A stretch of DNA of 64,000 nt from Ascidiella aspersa. Taxonomy: Eukaryota. Below are positions 12,601-25,847 of the stretch, piece by piece. A model generated the notes under the pieces. That model worked only from the letters and a program-made list of their open reading frames with translations. It did no database searches and was not told where the DNA came from. The stretch lies in contig OZ004613.1 of assembly GCA_963924565.1 (NCBI GenBank), positions 6,634,001 to 6,698,000 of the forward strand, written 5' to 3'. The position numbers and the translations under genes are program-made. Each line of letters opens with the position of its first letter. Positions within the stretch are counted from its first letter, which is position 1.

Positions 12601-15600
12601 CGAATACAATCGGACACAAAAGCCGCAAACACATCTGTGAGCGTAAATGTGCCATATTTAGTGCCATGCTTTAGGATGTAAGGTGCGACGGTTTTCGCAA
12701 ATATAGGAAGAAAGCATAGAGCTTTGGCAGCTGGGTTTTGACCAAGTGATTTTGTGACCTTCTCATAATCTTCTTTCTTCGGGCAAATTCGGCGAAAATA
12801 CATATCTTGAGAGCGTTCGTTGAAGCCGATTACCTTGACTACAAAGTGGGGCTTGCAACTTGGATGCAGCTTGTGCAATGCTCCTGGTCGTGAAGTGATG
12901 AGCTTGTGAGCATTGGGAAGAATGTCGCCACGGAGTAAGTTTTGTAGAATGACAACCGGCGTTGCGCGATCGTACAATCCGATCACTGGAGCATTCTTGT
13001 GAAGATTTTTGAACCTAGGTTCGTCCAAACCATCCAGGAAGATAAACAGCTTGTTGGATTTGGAAAGCCTTTCCAGTATTTGGTCATCTATTTCCTTTGT
13101 GTGTTTCCAGTTTGGGTTGGATGACAGCAATTCCAAAACGCCTATTTCTTTATTAAGATCTAAAGTCTTCAAGTATTTAAAAAGCCAATATCCTTCATCA
13201 TCTGCAGGTAATTTATCTACAAGCTCCTTTAGTGTCTGTATAATAGCTGTAGTTTTTCCAATTCCAGCTATTCCAGTCATACCGACCACGTTGCCATGCC
13301 TCTCCACGTAATCGTCATATGCTACTTGATTGCCAAATTGCTCACTTTGGGCTTTCTTTTTTGCTTCTTCTTTTGCAGCAGCAAATAGTTGATTGAGTTT
13401 AAGCATAGTGGAATTGACTTCGTTCTCCCGGAGTCGAGTCAATCCCAAGACACCAAACTCCTCTAATGCTGCTTGGAACTCCCGAATGATGTCAAGAGTA
13501 ACTGAGTTTCTTATTAGACTTCCGATGACCTTTTCAGCTGCTTTCTGGCATGCTTTTTGCCATAATGCTTCTAGCAATAAAAATGATATTTGAAAGCTTT
13601 CTTTAACGCCAAACAATTAGCTTTGAGAGCACACTTTTCTCACATTTGCTGGTTTTGGGCAAAATGCAGCTCACACAAAATTTTTGTTGTGGCTTTATCT
13701 GGAGAATAATGACCAAATTAATAGGGGTAATACTTTACATTAAAACTGTGTTTTTGTAACTGTATTTCTTCGTGATAAAGTGTGTTGTTTTTCAAAACAC
13801 CTAATTAAGTTAGTTTAGCCACGGCGATGTAACAATGCATTATAATTGCTTTAAATAACCCAAGCAAGATGCATTGCAATGCTTTTAAGAGCAAACTCTG
13901 TAAAAACTTATATTATAACTACCATTTGCAAGTTGCAACTATGTTATTTTCATTGGTAAAGTATTCACTGGGTATAGCCTATAACGTGACATTTTGCCTA
14001 ACTGCGTGATTAACCCAACCCAGCCACTTATCAGTTATTAATAATTAATTAACGCCCTTAAGTCGGTTTTACTTCAACGCGCATTACGAGCGAACGTTAA
14101 GCTAAAAATACGGGCCTGTTTAAGCGTAGGCTAGCCACACATCAGTTATTTTTTTCGGGTTTATGTAAAACCCTTTAAAATACACTTAGTTGATATTTTG
14201 ACATATCATAATAACAAACAGCTAAAAAAGACCCAAGAAAAACGAAACGCTAGGTATTTAGAGCATTGTTGGGTTCAAATCAGATATATACAACTATCTG
14301 AAACAAACACTAAAGTCGAGCTAAACCTAAAGCGATAAAACTTTTTTTAATGAGTTTTATTGCAGAAAAAGCTAAGTAATTTAAATTTTGCTATTTCTTA
14401 GACTGGCGGTCGGCAACCTCTTTCTAGTCACGAGCCTAAACCAAACTCACCCCAGCATGGTGGGCCGTACTGAATTTCTACAAACGATTTTGTAATACAA
14501 ACATGTGGCTTTTGAGCATTTAGTCATAAAAACTCTCATTTGTTGACTCAACCATGATTTTTTTGGCAAGTAAGTCTTATTATATGCGTTAAGTAAGTAC
14601 GTTTTAAATTATACGCGTAGTGCGTTAAGTTATACTGTTATTTAAGTTGAAAACAATTTAATTTGGAAGATGATGTGACGCATTGGGTACATCAAAATAC
14701 ATACTGCCTATACTCTTTTTTGATATGTATATCATAAACCTGAGATGTCCAACCCGCGGCCCGCCTGATATTTACGTGCGGCCCACCACTTATTGTCACT
14801 TTCAGTAGCCTTTAATTAAAACAATTGTTTAGAATATCATCAAAACGTGTAGAACGCTCAGTTTTTGATTTAGGCCTTATTTTATTTTTTCTAAGACTAT
14901 AATCGAGTCTAAAGTCGCATTTCAACATCCATCGAACACTTTTTGCACCCATCATTGCTAAGCAAGGTGGGTGTTTTTCTAAATGTGTGTTTTTGCGGAC
15001 CGCTTCAGGAAAATATATCAGCCCAAATATGTAAACTCAATTCTTCACGCTTTGCAATAATAAAAAAAATAATAATTGTGCTCGAGTTTACTCTCGAAGA
15101 GAGGGTGTTTAGAAGTTAAGTTAAAATATATCTATTTATTTTTTAAGTTGGCGCTAACCATTGTAAGATGAGGTCGCTGTTGAGTCTTGAGCCACTACCG
15201 GTACCTGTTGGTTGACAAGGTAATTAAAGACGTTGCCCACAACGTTGTCAATTGGGCCTCGATGACCGTAAATGTCACCAATGTTTACATTCGTGGCAAC
15301 AATTTGACGGTTGTCTGCTGGTGGAGCCTGAGCTGCATTTCCATTCTGTCCAAAACAAAAGTGTTGAAGTCAAATTCGTTGATTCGTTTATAACTGTTGT
15401 AACATTTTGTTTTATCATCAGCAATTATATAACTTTTAAAACAATGTTTATCTAAGGTAAAAAAAAGTCCACATTGGAATTATTTCTAATAGGTGTTCAA
15501 AACTATCACTTTTAATGAAGAAATCTTTAAAATTATTGCCTACATAACTTTTATCCCAAATAGACATATATTTACAAGTTGTAATCATCGGGAAAATGCT

Positions 15601-15702
15601 AATAGAATTCTATAATGAAATATTTTATCATTGTTGCATTGTAATCACCATATTTGGGTCGGGTTGATTTGCTTCTTCGTTTCCGTTAGGGATATCGGCC
15701 AT
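6657..15702 (-). CDS. NLR (NACHT-LRR) immune-receptor-like gene, 10 coding exons, about 971 aa
   Basis: Exons 15702-15649, 15345-15159, 13570-11847, 11487-11335, 10522-10370, 9840-9685, 8733-8572, 8355-8218, 7765-7655 and 6734-6657. All are GT-AG bounded and phase-compatible, summing to 2916 nt with no internal stop. Confidence 0.8.
7358..7571. mobile_element. hAT-type MITE in the last NLR intron
   Basis: TIR AGTGGTTCTCAACC / GGTTGAGAAACACTG with perfect 8-bp TSD CTATAGGG. Confidence 0.85.
8218..11487 (-). CDS. Five phase-0 LRR exons (153, 153, 156, 162, 138 nt)
   Basis: LxxLxL repeats such as IKRLWLNN, MNRLLLINC and MRKLNLSHNKLG; four exons end CCT|GTAAGT and begin after TGTAG. Confidence 0.88.
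11847..13570 (-). CDS. NACHT NTPase exon of the NLR
   Basis: Walker A GIAGIGKTT, Walker B LFIFLDGLDE, sensor LITSRP, LCFLP, winged-helix FIHLLWQEFF; acceptor TTGCTAG (phase 1), donor AAG|GTTTGT. Confidence 0.93.
15159..15345 (-). CDS. NLR exon 2: N/Q/G/V-rich segment with RHIM-like motif
   Basis: GACAG acceptor; open frame NGNAAQAPPADNRQIVATNVNIGDIYGHRGPIDNVVGNVFNYLVNQQVPVVAQDSTATSSYN; phase-1 donor G|GTTAG matches the NACHT exon phase. Confidence 0.75.
15649..15702 (-). CDS. NLR first coding exon, copy 1 (MADIPNGNEEANQPDPNM)
   Basis: CCAAAATGGCC start context, phase-0 donor GTGATT, upstream acceptor CTTACAG at 15735-15734. Confidence 0.72.
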
Positions 15703-16371
15703 TTTGGTTTTCAGTATAAATCGGTTTTACAAACTGTAAGTCTGTTCGTAAAGTTAAAAGTTTATTATTTATTAATTAATATCTAATGATTGTCTCCGAC
15801 AGATATATTAACATTTATGAAACCTAATTAGTACAAACGGGTATTTTTGTAGTTCAGGGCTGGCTAACCGGTCAGAGACCAAGAGCCGCAATCTTTCTTG
15901 TTTAACAAAAAAGAGACACGCCATACTTATGGCACAACAAAAAAATTACCCCATTTTTTTCTTACTTTTTGCGCAGCTATATATACCGGTAATATTGCAC
16001 ACTATACCACAAAGAGATGACCAAGAATTTTTGTTTTTGGGGGTAAGCATTTAAAAGATGACGCCATAAAGTAGTTATATTGACGTCATAATTTACGTTT
16101 CTGTCCCCTTTTAGACGTTGGCCGCTTTTTATTGTTTTTTGTTTTTGATTGTTTTTTTTACGGCCCGCCTATATTAAAACAATATAAAGAAACTTCGTTT
16201 AGCGCTAGGCATCCGACAGGCCGTTTAGTAGGGATCCTGAAGTTGGTGTACCAGGAAATCACTTCGCGCGAGGCAGGGTTAAGTTTCTAAGCTTTTTACA
16301 GAAAGCATGGCGTATGATTATATAAGTAGGGCAATTATGTTGCACTATATAAGAACAAATTATATTGAATT

Positions 16372-16411
16372 CTCGACAAGCTTTCGCGCAACCATGGTTC
16401 ATCAGGTCAAA
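16372..16411 (-). ncRNA. Hammerhead motif with disrupted stem II (HHR-A, unit 1)
   Basis: Core CTGATGA/GAAA retained, but stem II reads CCAT/GCGC (two mismatches). Confidence 0.45.
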
Positions 16412-18090
16412 GTACAAAAAAAATGTGATTACCCTATTCATAATTAGACAAATATGGCCTTTTACAAAGAATTATTGTATAAGGAGATGATTTTGGCAAA
16501 CCAGTTGTGAGTGATTTACAAATGCTGAATGGTTACAAAAAACATCGTATAAGTTTGATTTAGGGGAAGAAAATCGTAAAAATGTGTTACCGTTTTAAAG
16601 ACTGTGTTTTCCCCATCACACCTGCCACAAAGAAAACAAAATTCGCATTGATCTAGTTTAACTTCAAAATAAATGCCATTTTGCCATTAAGTATTGTATA
16701 CTCCGTTTCTCATGACGTCACTACAGTGGCCAAAAAAGCAATATAAATTAAATTAAAACGTCTAAAATCAACAATAAAATTGCGACAGATTGTTAAATGT
16801 AAAATAAGAAGAGTAAAAAAAACAGTAATTTTGCATGAGCGTAGCCAAGCCTTATTGTACAGCGTTTTAACAAAAATATTGAGACATGAAAAACCTATTT
16901 TACTCTTGAACAGGTTTTTCTTTCAATAAATTTATTTGAACGAGAATGTTTTGTCCTAATTCTGTAGCAACTTTAACATTCCATTTCACTTATTAAGATG
17001 TATTAAAATGATCTTATATGGTATTCGACTACTAGCTTAAAAACAATGCAAAGGCGACAACGTTCAAGATTTCAAGGTTATTTTGTTCAGACCAAACAAA
17101 TGCAATCAATAGGCCTATTTTTTTTTAATATTCACTCAATAAAAGTCACGTAGTCGTATAAAGTCCACCGAATGATTGTTGACACTTGGGTCACGTGGTT
17201 TACCTGGTTTAGGCCAGTGTTGCAACTAACAAAAGATATATTACAACTCGATTTTAGCATAAACACTACAGTACAATCTATTTAAGTTTAGAGAAAGAAA
17301 ATTTATTTTTAAATTTTAAAAATGCAATATTGTTCATTAACAGCAACACGATATTTCAGTCTTGGTAAATTTAATTTTCAATTGTTCAATCCAGGGCTGT
17401 AGAGTCGAAGCCGGACTCCGGACTTGACTACAAGAGTCCCAAGTCCGATGTGCGCATGCGCAGTAGCATGTTCTGAATTAATAAGACACTACACTGTAAA
17501 TGGTCGAATGGCTTCATATATGCTGTTTAAGCGATGAACTAGGTTTACCTTACCGCTTAAATCAGTTACTCTCAAACTTTGTGTATCAAGCCCCACTTAT
17601 CTTTTCAAAAACGTTCGCGGACGACAAGACTAAGATTTTTGTTTAAGGGTGACGTCACACGTTACATTATAACGCAACGTCATCAAACATTTAATTATAA
17701 AAAACCCGCGTTTGGTTGATTCACAATGGCAACACTTTTGATTTAAAAGGATACGTTATGCATTAGGTTAAAAAAAACACTCACATTTTCACCTAATTAA
17801 TGACATTTATTTTGCTTTGCTTAAAACGGACAAAACATAGTACAAACGGTTGGATGCTAGAAATATGTATTTATATAGTGAAGTTGACGAAAATGTTTGA
17901 GGTTAGGCCATCGCCCGGTGTTCTTCCTTCTAGGCCCAGCCCTGAACCCTACATTATAGTTTTTTTACAATTAACATCACCAGTTTTGTTGTGGGTGCAT
18001 TTTAAATAATAAGCGATGTTTCAATGAATACGCTGTTACTTCCTGGCATTGTTTTAATTATAAAATTGCTCTTCCGGCAAATATATGCAT

Positions 18091-18132
18091 TGTCCTGAAG
18101 AAGATTGTCCGAATGTGGTCGAAACGTTGGTA
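18091..18132 (+). ncRNA. Hammerhead-like motif HHR-B at the apex of a long hairpin (copies at 23049-23090 and 28075-28116)
   Basis: CTGAAGA...GAAACGTT with wobble-rich stem II GATTG/TGGTC; flanked by imperfect inverted arms spanning about 18049-18178. Confidence 0.5.
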
Positions 18133-20702
18133 TTTTCATAAAATTTTGCCGGTAGAACAATTTTACAATTAAAACATTTCTTGTGCAATAGTATTTTGAG
18201 AATTTAAACATTTACTATTTTGAATCACTGAATCAATAAAAACAGACTGCTTACTACTGTTAAAAGTACAACATTTTTATTTAATAAAACATATTTTAGA
18301 AAAAATGAAATAAAATTAAAATATGCCAATTTATGTTTTTACTGATTTAAATCGCACGACGGTATTCTAAAATGTTAATAGCACGAACTATACAGAGAAA
18401 AATGCTGTATAAATGCTGCATTTTGAAGAATTAAATCTCACTATGTTGTTCACCAGGTTTGAGTGGGGCGTGTTAACACTTTCAACAGTGGCGCGATATC
18501 CCCTTATTTGGGCACAACAGGTTGGTAGTAGGCAGTTCTTTTGTGTAATCAGCTTATCAGGGCATATAGGGCTAGCTAGCAGGCACCTTTTCGTAATTTT
18601 GCGGAGCCATCTTTTCGTGAATGCGTTATGACGCAAGCGAACATGACTGGCACTAATATATGAAGGCGACGGTTGCAAAAAGAAGCTAGCAAACATAATG
18701 TACTTGTCGCTGGTTATCGCGAAGCCTTGGGGGAGTCAGAAAAAGCACTTCACGTTGTTGTTTGTGGCTCAATTTCAACTCCATCTAATTGCTCGATGGA
18801 CTTTGTGTTGTCGCATTAAAGGGTTCCTGTGCGCTATTGCGAAATCTCTTTGCGTTGCCAATTAGGCCTCCGTGGTTGCTCAAGATAAAATAAGCACAAC
18901 ACATGGTTTAAAAGATGCAGCTTCTTAACGTCTGTCAGTTACATTTAAACTAACAGAGTCGCTCTAGGTATCCGTTAAGATTAGGGAACCCGCAACAGAC
19001 TTTAATTGATTACAAAGCAAAGTATTAATAATATGCAGTTGTAATTGTATAACTATATCGTTTAAAACCTTTTGTTCACTGACACTTTTCCGTTTAATAA
19101 ATTGCAAAGTTTAAAGTTGTGATCTTACCAAACTAATAGAACACATCAATAAACTTTGCAGATCAGCGCTCGCGAAAAATTTCACCCATAAACTCTACTG
19201 ACGTTACACTCAAATCGGCTCTCTACTGCCACAATAGGCCACGTTAGAGCGAAAACATGACAACGTTAAATGATGACGCATATACGTTTATATATGCAAT
19301 TAGTCGTTATACAAATTCCATTACGTACTTAATTCGCCTACGTCATGCTTTTCGTTTATTCGATAGTCTGGAAAACGCGCAAACGAGGGTTCATACAGCT
19401 CCTGAGTTATTTCATGTAACATCATTTCTGATATAAGCTGCTGCTACCAGGCTAAGTAATATAAATAAAAAAAGTCTCCTCTGGTACTTGTAATTCTTTA
19501 GTCACCCAGGCGAATGTGACTTGCATAGGTTGCCGAAACGTTGGTAAAGAATTACAATCATTTCCTACATCTTAGATGGTATTCGTATTTAGGGATGCGA
19601 TGCTCGATAATTTGAGCAAAACTAGCCGGTACACCGATAGCAAATGACGCCATTACTATAAGCTTATAATCAAAACTGTGGGCATTAAAACGTGCAAACG
19701 TAATGAGTCCGACTTGGGCATGTGAATACCAAATTACGAAACTCAAGGTCGTAAACTGATAATTGTAAAGGTGGAATAGCATATATGGCTGAATATTTTT
19801 CAACCATGTATTGTGGGTAAATGAACCTCCCATGGGTGAATTGCTGAATACACACCTTATTTGAATTACGTAAATTGGTGAAATACAGGCTGTAGAGGCG
19901 GAGTCGGACCCAGGTTAATTTTTTTAGCTGAAGTCGGACTCGGGTTATTCTTAACCGACTCTTATTCTTCGCACTTAAAAACAAACAAAAAATTAAGATA
20001 TTCTGTTCTATAAAACATTCAAACCGTTGTCCATACAAACTGCTGACTGTAAGCTATAACACAAGCTGTCAAAATACTTGTTTCAATTATAAAGATAAGG
20101 AGGTAATTCGGCTAATATATGTACTTAAAATATCTTGCGTGAATCCCTGAAAACTCTTTGGTCAACGGGTCTCAGTTTAAAACCGTTCAATTGAAAAGTG
20201 AAACCATTTTGTAGGCTACCATTTAAAGGCAAATATTATTTGGTAAAAGTAAAACTTCCTATATTTTATCAAATGGGGTTTGTTAATGTGACAGCTTGGT
20301 TATCGAATACGAAAACAGTACACAATATTTATCAACAGTGCCACATGACCGTCTTTTTTTACATACTGAAACGTTTGTTTAGTATAAATTTAATCAACTT
20401 TTGTTTGCACTTGGACAATGCTTAAACAATCCAAAAGTTACGTAGCGTAAGACAATGCTAAACACGTGCACTATGGTATAGTCAAAAAGTCCAACATGAA
20501 ACAACGTTTAACCAAGCTGTGTTTACACTGGAATTATTTTTAATAAGTGTTCAAAACTATCACTTTTAATGAAGAAATCTTTAAAATTATTGCCTACATA
20601 ACTTTTGTCCCAAATAGACATATATTTACATGTTGTAATCATCGAAAAAATGCTAATAGAATTCTATAATGAAATAGTTTGTCATTTTTGCATTTTAATT
20701 AC

Positions 20703-20756
20703 CGCATTTGGGTCGGGTTGATTTGCTTCTTCGTTTCTGTTACGGATATCGGCCAT
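20703..20756 (-). CDS. Duplicated NLR first coding exon, copy 2 (MADIRNRNEEANQPDPNA)
   Basis: Homologous exon in repeat unit 2 with intact ATG context, acceptor and GTAATT donor. Confidence 0.5.
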
Positions 20757-21281
20757 TTTGGTTTTCAGTATAAATCGGTTTTACAAACTGTAAGTCTGTT
20801 CGTAAAGTGTAAAAGTTTATTATATATTAATTAATATCTAATGATTGCCTTCGACAGATATATTAACATTTATGAAACCTAGTTAGTACAAACGGGTATT
20901 TTTGTAGTTCGTTAAGCATTTAAAAGATGAAGCCTTAAAGTAGTTATATTGACGTCATAATTTACGTTTCTGTCCTCTTTTAGACGTTGGCCGCTTTTTA
21001 TTGTTTTTTGTTTTTGATTGTTTTTTTTTACAGCCCGCCTATATTAAAACAGTTTAAAGAAACTTCGTGCAGGGCTTGGCATCCGACAGGCCGTTTAGTA
21101 GGGATCCTGAAATTGCTGTACCAGGAAATATGGCCTTATAAACTTATTAAATAGTGTAAATCGTTCGCGCGAGGTAGTCAGGATTAATTTTATAAACTTT
21201 TTACAGAAAGCATGGCGTATGATTATATAGGCTGAATAGGACAATTATGTGGCAATATATAAGAACAAATTGTATTGAATT

Positions 21282-21321
21282 TTCGACAAGCTTTCGCACA
21301 ACCGTGCTTCATCAGGTCAAA
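21282..21321 (-). ncRNA. Minimal type I hammerhead ribozyme, intact core (HHR-A, unit 2)
   Basis: TTTGAC-CTGATGA-A-GCAC(GGTT)GTGC-GAAAGCTT-GTCGAA: stems I and II pair, stem III is the palindrome AGCT. Confidence 0.7.
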
Positions 21322-24300
21322 GTACAAAAAAAATTTGTTTACCCTATTCATAATTAGACAAATATGGCCTTTTACAAAGGATTATTGTTGGCAAACCAGT
21401 TGTGATTTACAAATGCTGAATGGTTACAAAAAAAACATCGTATAAGTTTGATTTAGGGGTAGAAAATCGTAAAAGTGTGTTACCGTTTTGAAGACTGTGT
21501 GTTCCCAATTACACCTGCCACAAAAAACAAAATTCGCTTGATTTAGTTTAACGTGAAAATAAATGCCAGTGTATTGCTGTGGCTTATCAAGAGTCACTCA
21601 TGTCTAGGGTTGTTTAACATTTTGTTCTGATATCCACGGTTTTTGCAATAAGTATTGTATAGTCCGTTTCTCTGATAAATGACGTCACTACTGTGGCCAA
21701 TTCAACAATATAAATAAAATAAAAATGTCTAAAGATCCAAAATAAAATTGGGACAGATTGTTAAATGTAAAGTAAGAAGAGTATTAGACAATAATTTTGC
21801 ATGAGCGTAGCCTTTGTACAGCTTTTCAACAAAAAGAATGAGACATGGAAAACCTATTTTACGCTTAAATAGGTTATTCTTGCAATAAATTTATTTGAAC
21901 GAGAATTTTTGTCCTAATTCTGTAGCAACTTTTACATACCATTTCACTTATTAAGATGTATTTAAATGATCTTATATGGCATTCGTCTACTAGCTTAAAC
22001 ACAATGCAAAGGCGACAACGTTCAAGATTTCAAGGTTATTTCGTTCAGACCAAACAAATGCAATCAATATGCCTATTTGTTTTTAATAATCACTCAATAC
22101 AAGTCACGTAGTCGTATAAAGTCCACCGAATGATTGTTGACACTTAGATCACGTGGTTTACCTGGTTTAGGCCAGTGGTGCAACTAACAAAAGATATATT
22201 ACAACTCGATTTTAGCATAAACACTACAGTACAATCTATTTAAGTTTAGAGAAAGAATATTTATTTTAAAATTTTAAAAGTGCAATATTGTCCATTAACA
22301 GCAACACGGTATTTCAGTCTTGGTAAATTTAATTTTCAATTGTTCAATCCAGTGCTGTAGAGTTGAAGCCGGATTCCGGACTTGACTACAAGAGTCCCAA
22401 GTCCGATGTGCGCATGCGCAGTACCAAGTTCTGAACTAATAAGACACTACACTGTAAATGGTGGAATGGCTTCATATATGCTGTTTAAGCGATGAACTAG
22501 GTTTACTTTACCGCTTAAATCAGTTACTCTCAAACTTTGTGTATCAAGCCCCACTTATCTTTTCAAAAACGTTCGCGGACGACAAGACTAAGATTTTTGT
22601 TTGAGGATGACGTCACACGTTACATCATAACGCAACGTCATCAAACATTTAATTATAAAAAAACCCGCGTTTGGTTGATTCACAATGGCAACACTTTTGA
22701 TATAAAAGGATACGTTATGCATTAGGTTAAAAAAAACACTCACATTTTCACCTAATTAATGACATTTATTTTGCTTTGCTTAAAACGGACAAAACATAGT
22801 ACAAACGGTTGGATGCTAGAAATATGTATTTATATAGTAAAGTTGACGAAAATGTTTGAGGTTAGGCCATCGCCCGGTGTTCTTCCTTCTAGGCCCAGCC
22901 CTGAACCCTACATTATAGTTTTTTACATTTAACATCACCAGTTTTGTTGTGGGTGCATTTTAAATAATAAGCGATGTTTCAATGAATACGCTGTTACTTC
23001 CTGGCATTGTTTTAATTATAAAATTGCTCTTCCGGCAAATATATGCATTGTCCTGAAGAAGATTGTCCGAATGTGGTCGAAACGTTGGTATTTTCATAAA
23101 ATTTTGCCGGTAGAACAATTTTACAATTAAAACATTTCTTGTGCAATATTATTTTGAGAATTTAAACATTTACTATTTTGAATCACTGAATCAATAAAAA
23201 CAGACTGCTTACTACTGTTAAAAGTACAACATTTTTATTTAATAAAACATATTTTAGAAAAAATGAAATAAAATTAAAATATGCCAATTTATGTTTTTAC
23301 TGATTTAAATCGCACGACGGTATTCTAAAATGTTAATAGCACGAACTATACAGAGAAAAATGCTGTATAAATGCTGCATTTTGAAGAATTAAATCTCACT
23401 ATGTTGTTCACCAGGTTTGAGTGGGGCGTGTTAACACTTTCAACAGTGGCGCGATATCCCCTTATTTGGGCACAACAGGTTGGTAGTAGGCAGGTCTTTT
23501 GTGTAATCAGCTTATCAGGGCATATAGGGCTAGCTAGCAGGCACCTTTTCGTAATTTTGCGGAGCCATCTTTTCGTGAATGCGTTATGACGCAAGCGAAC
23601 ATGACTGGCACTAATATATGAAGGCGACGGTTGCAAAAAGAAGCTAGCAAACATAATGTACTTGTCGCTGGTTATCGCGAAGCCTTGGGGAAGTCAGAAA
23701 AAGCACTTCACGTTGTTGTTTGTGGCTCAATTTCAACTCCATCTAATTGCTCGATGGACTTTGTGTTGTCGCATTAAAGGGTTCCTGTGCGCTATTGCGA
23801 AATCTCTTTGCGTTGCCAATTAGGCCTCCGTGGTTGCTCAAGATAAAATAAGCACAACACATGGTTTAAAAGATGCAGCTTCTTAACGTCTGTCAGTTAC
23901 ATTTAAACTAACAGAGTCGCTCTAGGTATCCGTTAAGATTAGGGAACCCGCAACAGACTTTAATTAATTACAAAGCAAAGTATTAACAATATGCAGTTGT
24001 AATTGTATAACTATATCGTTTAAAACCTTTTGTTCACTGACACTTTTCCGTTTAATAAATTGCAAAGATTAAAGTTGTGGTCTTACCAAACTAATAGAAC
24101 ACATCAATAAACTTTGCAGATCAGCGCTCGCGAAAAATTTCACCCATAAACTCTACTGACGTCACACTCAAATCGGCTCTCTACTGCCACAATAGGCCAC
24201 GTTAGAGCGAAAACATGACAACGTTAAATGATGACGCATATACGTTTATATACGCAATTAGTCGTTATACAAATTCCATTACGTACTTAATTCGCCTACG

Positions 24301-24654
24301 TCATGCTTTTCGTTTATTCGATAGTCTGGAAAACGCGCAAACGAGGGTTCATACAGCTCCTGAGTTATTTCATGTAACATCATTTCTGATATAAGCTGTT
24401 GCTACCAGGCTAAGTAATATAAATAAAAAAAAGTCTCCTCTGGTACTTGTAATTCTTTAGTCACCCAGGCGAATGTGACTTGCATAGGTTGCCGAAACGT
24501 TGGTAAAGAATTACAATCATTTCTTACATCTTATGGTAGTCGTATTTAGGGATGCGATGCTCGATAATTTGAGCAAAACTAGCCGGTACACCTATAGCAA
24601 ATGACGTCATTACTATAATCTTATAATCAAAACTGTGGACATTATAACGTGCAA

Positions 24655-24919
24655 ACGACTTGCGCATGTGAGTACCAAATTACGAAAGTCGAGGTCGTAA
24701 ACTGATAATTGTAAAGGTGAAATAGCATATATGGCTGAATATTTTTCAACCATGTATTGTAGGTAGATGAACAGCCTATGGGTGAATTGCTGAATCCACA
24801 CCTTATTTGAATTCGGTAAATTGGTCAAATACAGGCTGTAGAGGCGGAGTCGGACTGAGGTTACTCTTTTTTTGGCTGAAGTCGGACTCCGGCTATTCTT
24901 AAACGACTCCGCAGCCCTG
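24655..24919. mobile_element. GGAGTC-repeat hAT-like MITE fragment; relatives at 17392, 19705, 22350, 27635, 30330 and an inverted copy at about 61405-61810
   Basis: End CGACTCCGCAGCCCTG, GAGTCGGACT repeats, internal sequence matches the reverse complement of 61540-61735. Confidence 0.6.
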
Positions 24920-25793
24920 GTTAAAAATACTACCACTTGACATCATCTATCGGCTAAGATCCGCTGATGTAGGACCTTCCTACTCATATTCATATATGGC
25001 TCAGTGGTCCTCAGACTTCGTGGGCATATTTTACTCCCTTAAAACAATTTACGTTCGAGCATTTACTTACAAACAAAGAAAAAATTAAGATATCCTGTTC
25101 TATAAAACATTCAAAGCGTTGCCCATACAAACTGCTGACTGTAAGCTATAACACAAGCTGTCAAAATACTTCTTTTAATTATAAAGATAAGGAGGTAATT
25201 CGGCTAATATATGTACTTAAAATAACTTGCGTGAATCCATGAAAACTTTTTGGTCCACCGGTCTCAGTTTAAAGCCGTTCAATTGAAAAGTGAAACCATT
25301 TCGTAGGCTACCATTTAAAGGTGAATATTAGTTGGAAAAGTAAAACTTCCTATATTTTATCAAATGGGGTTTGTTAATGTGACAGCTTGGTTATCGAATA
25401 CGAAAACAATACACAATATTTATCAAAAGTGCCGCATGGCCTGCTTTTGTTACATACTTCAACGTTTGTTTAATATAAATTTAATCAACTTTTGTTTGCA
25501 CTTGGACAATGCTTAAACAATCCAAAAGTTACGTAGTGTAAGACAATGCTAAACACGTGCACTATGGTATAGTCAAAAAGTCCAACATGAAACAACGTTT
25601 AACCAAGCTGTGTTTACACTGGAATTATTTCTAATAGGTGTTCAAAACTATCACTTTCAATGAAGAAATCTTTAAAATTATTGCCTAAATAACTTTTGTC
25701 CCAAATAGACATATATTTACATGTTGTAATCATCGAAAAAATACTAATAGAATTCTATAATGAAATATTTTATCATTGTTGCATTGTAATCAC

Positions 25794-25847
25794 CATATTT
25801 GGGTTGGGTTGATTTGCTTCTTCGTTTCTGTTACCGATATCGGCCAT
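25794..25847 (-). CDS. Duplicated NLR first coding exon, copy 3 (MADIGNRNEEANQPNPNM)
   Basis: Homologous exon in repeat unit 3 with intact ATG context, acceptor and GTGATT donor. Confidence 0.5.

Noticed and set aside
13571-13616. ORF-track start MFGVKESFQ of the NACHT ORF
   Set aside because: TTG start lying in intronic sequence before the acceptor at 13572-13571
3650-15702. Fungal-style NLR plus adjacent amyloid-bearing effector pair
   Set aside because: The neighbouring SDRs carry no matching amyloid-like extension, and no effector is visible in the window
18388-18696. 102-aa ORF (and opposite 72-aa ORF) conserved in all three repeat units
   Set aside because: No recognisable domain, and conservation equals that of flanking non-coding DNA, so recent duplication explains it
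18704-18784. Alternative first exon MELKLSHKQQ...RQ with GTACAT donor
   Set aside because: Weak donor and start context; the MADI exon fits better. It could still be part of a 5'UTR exon
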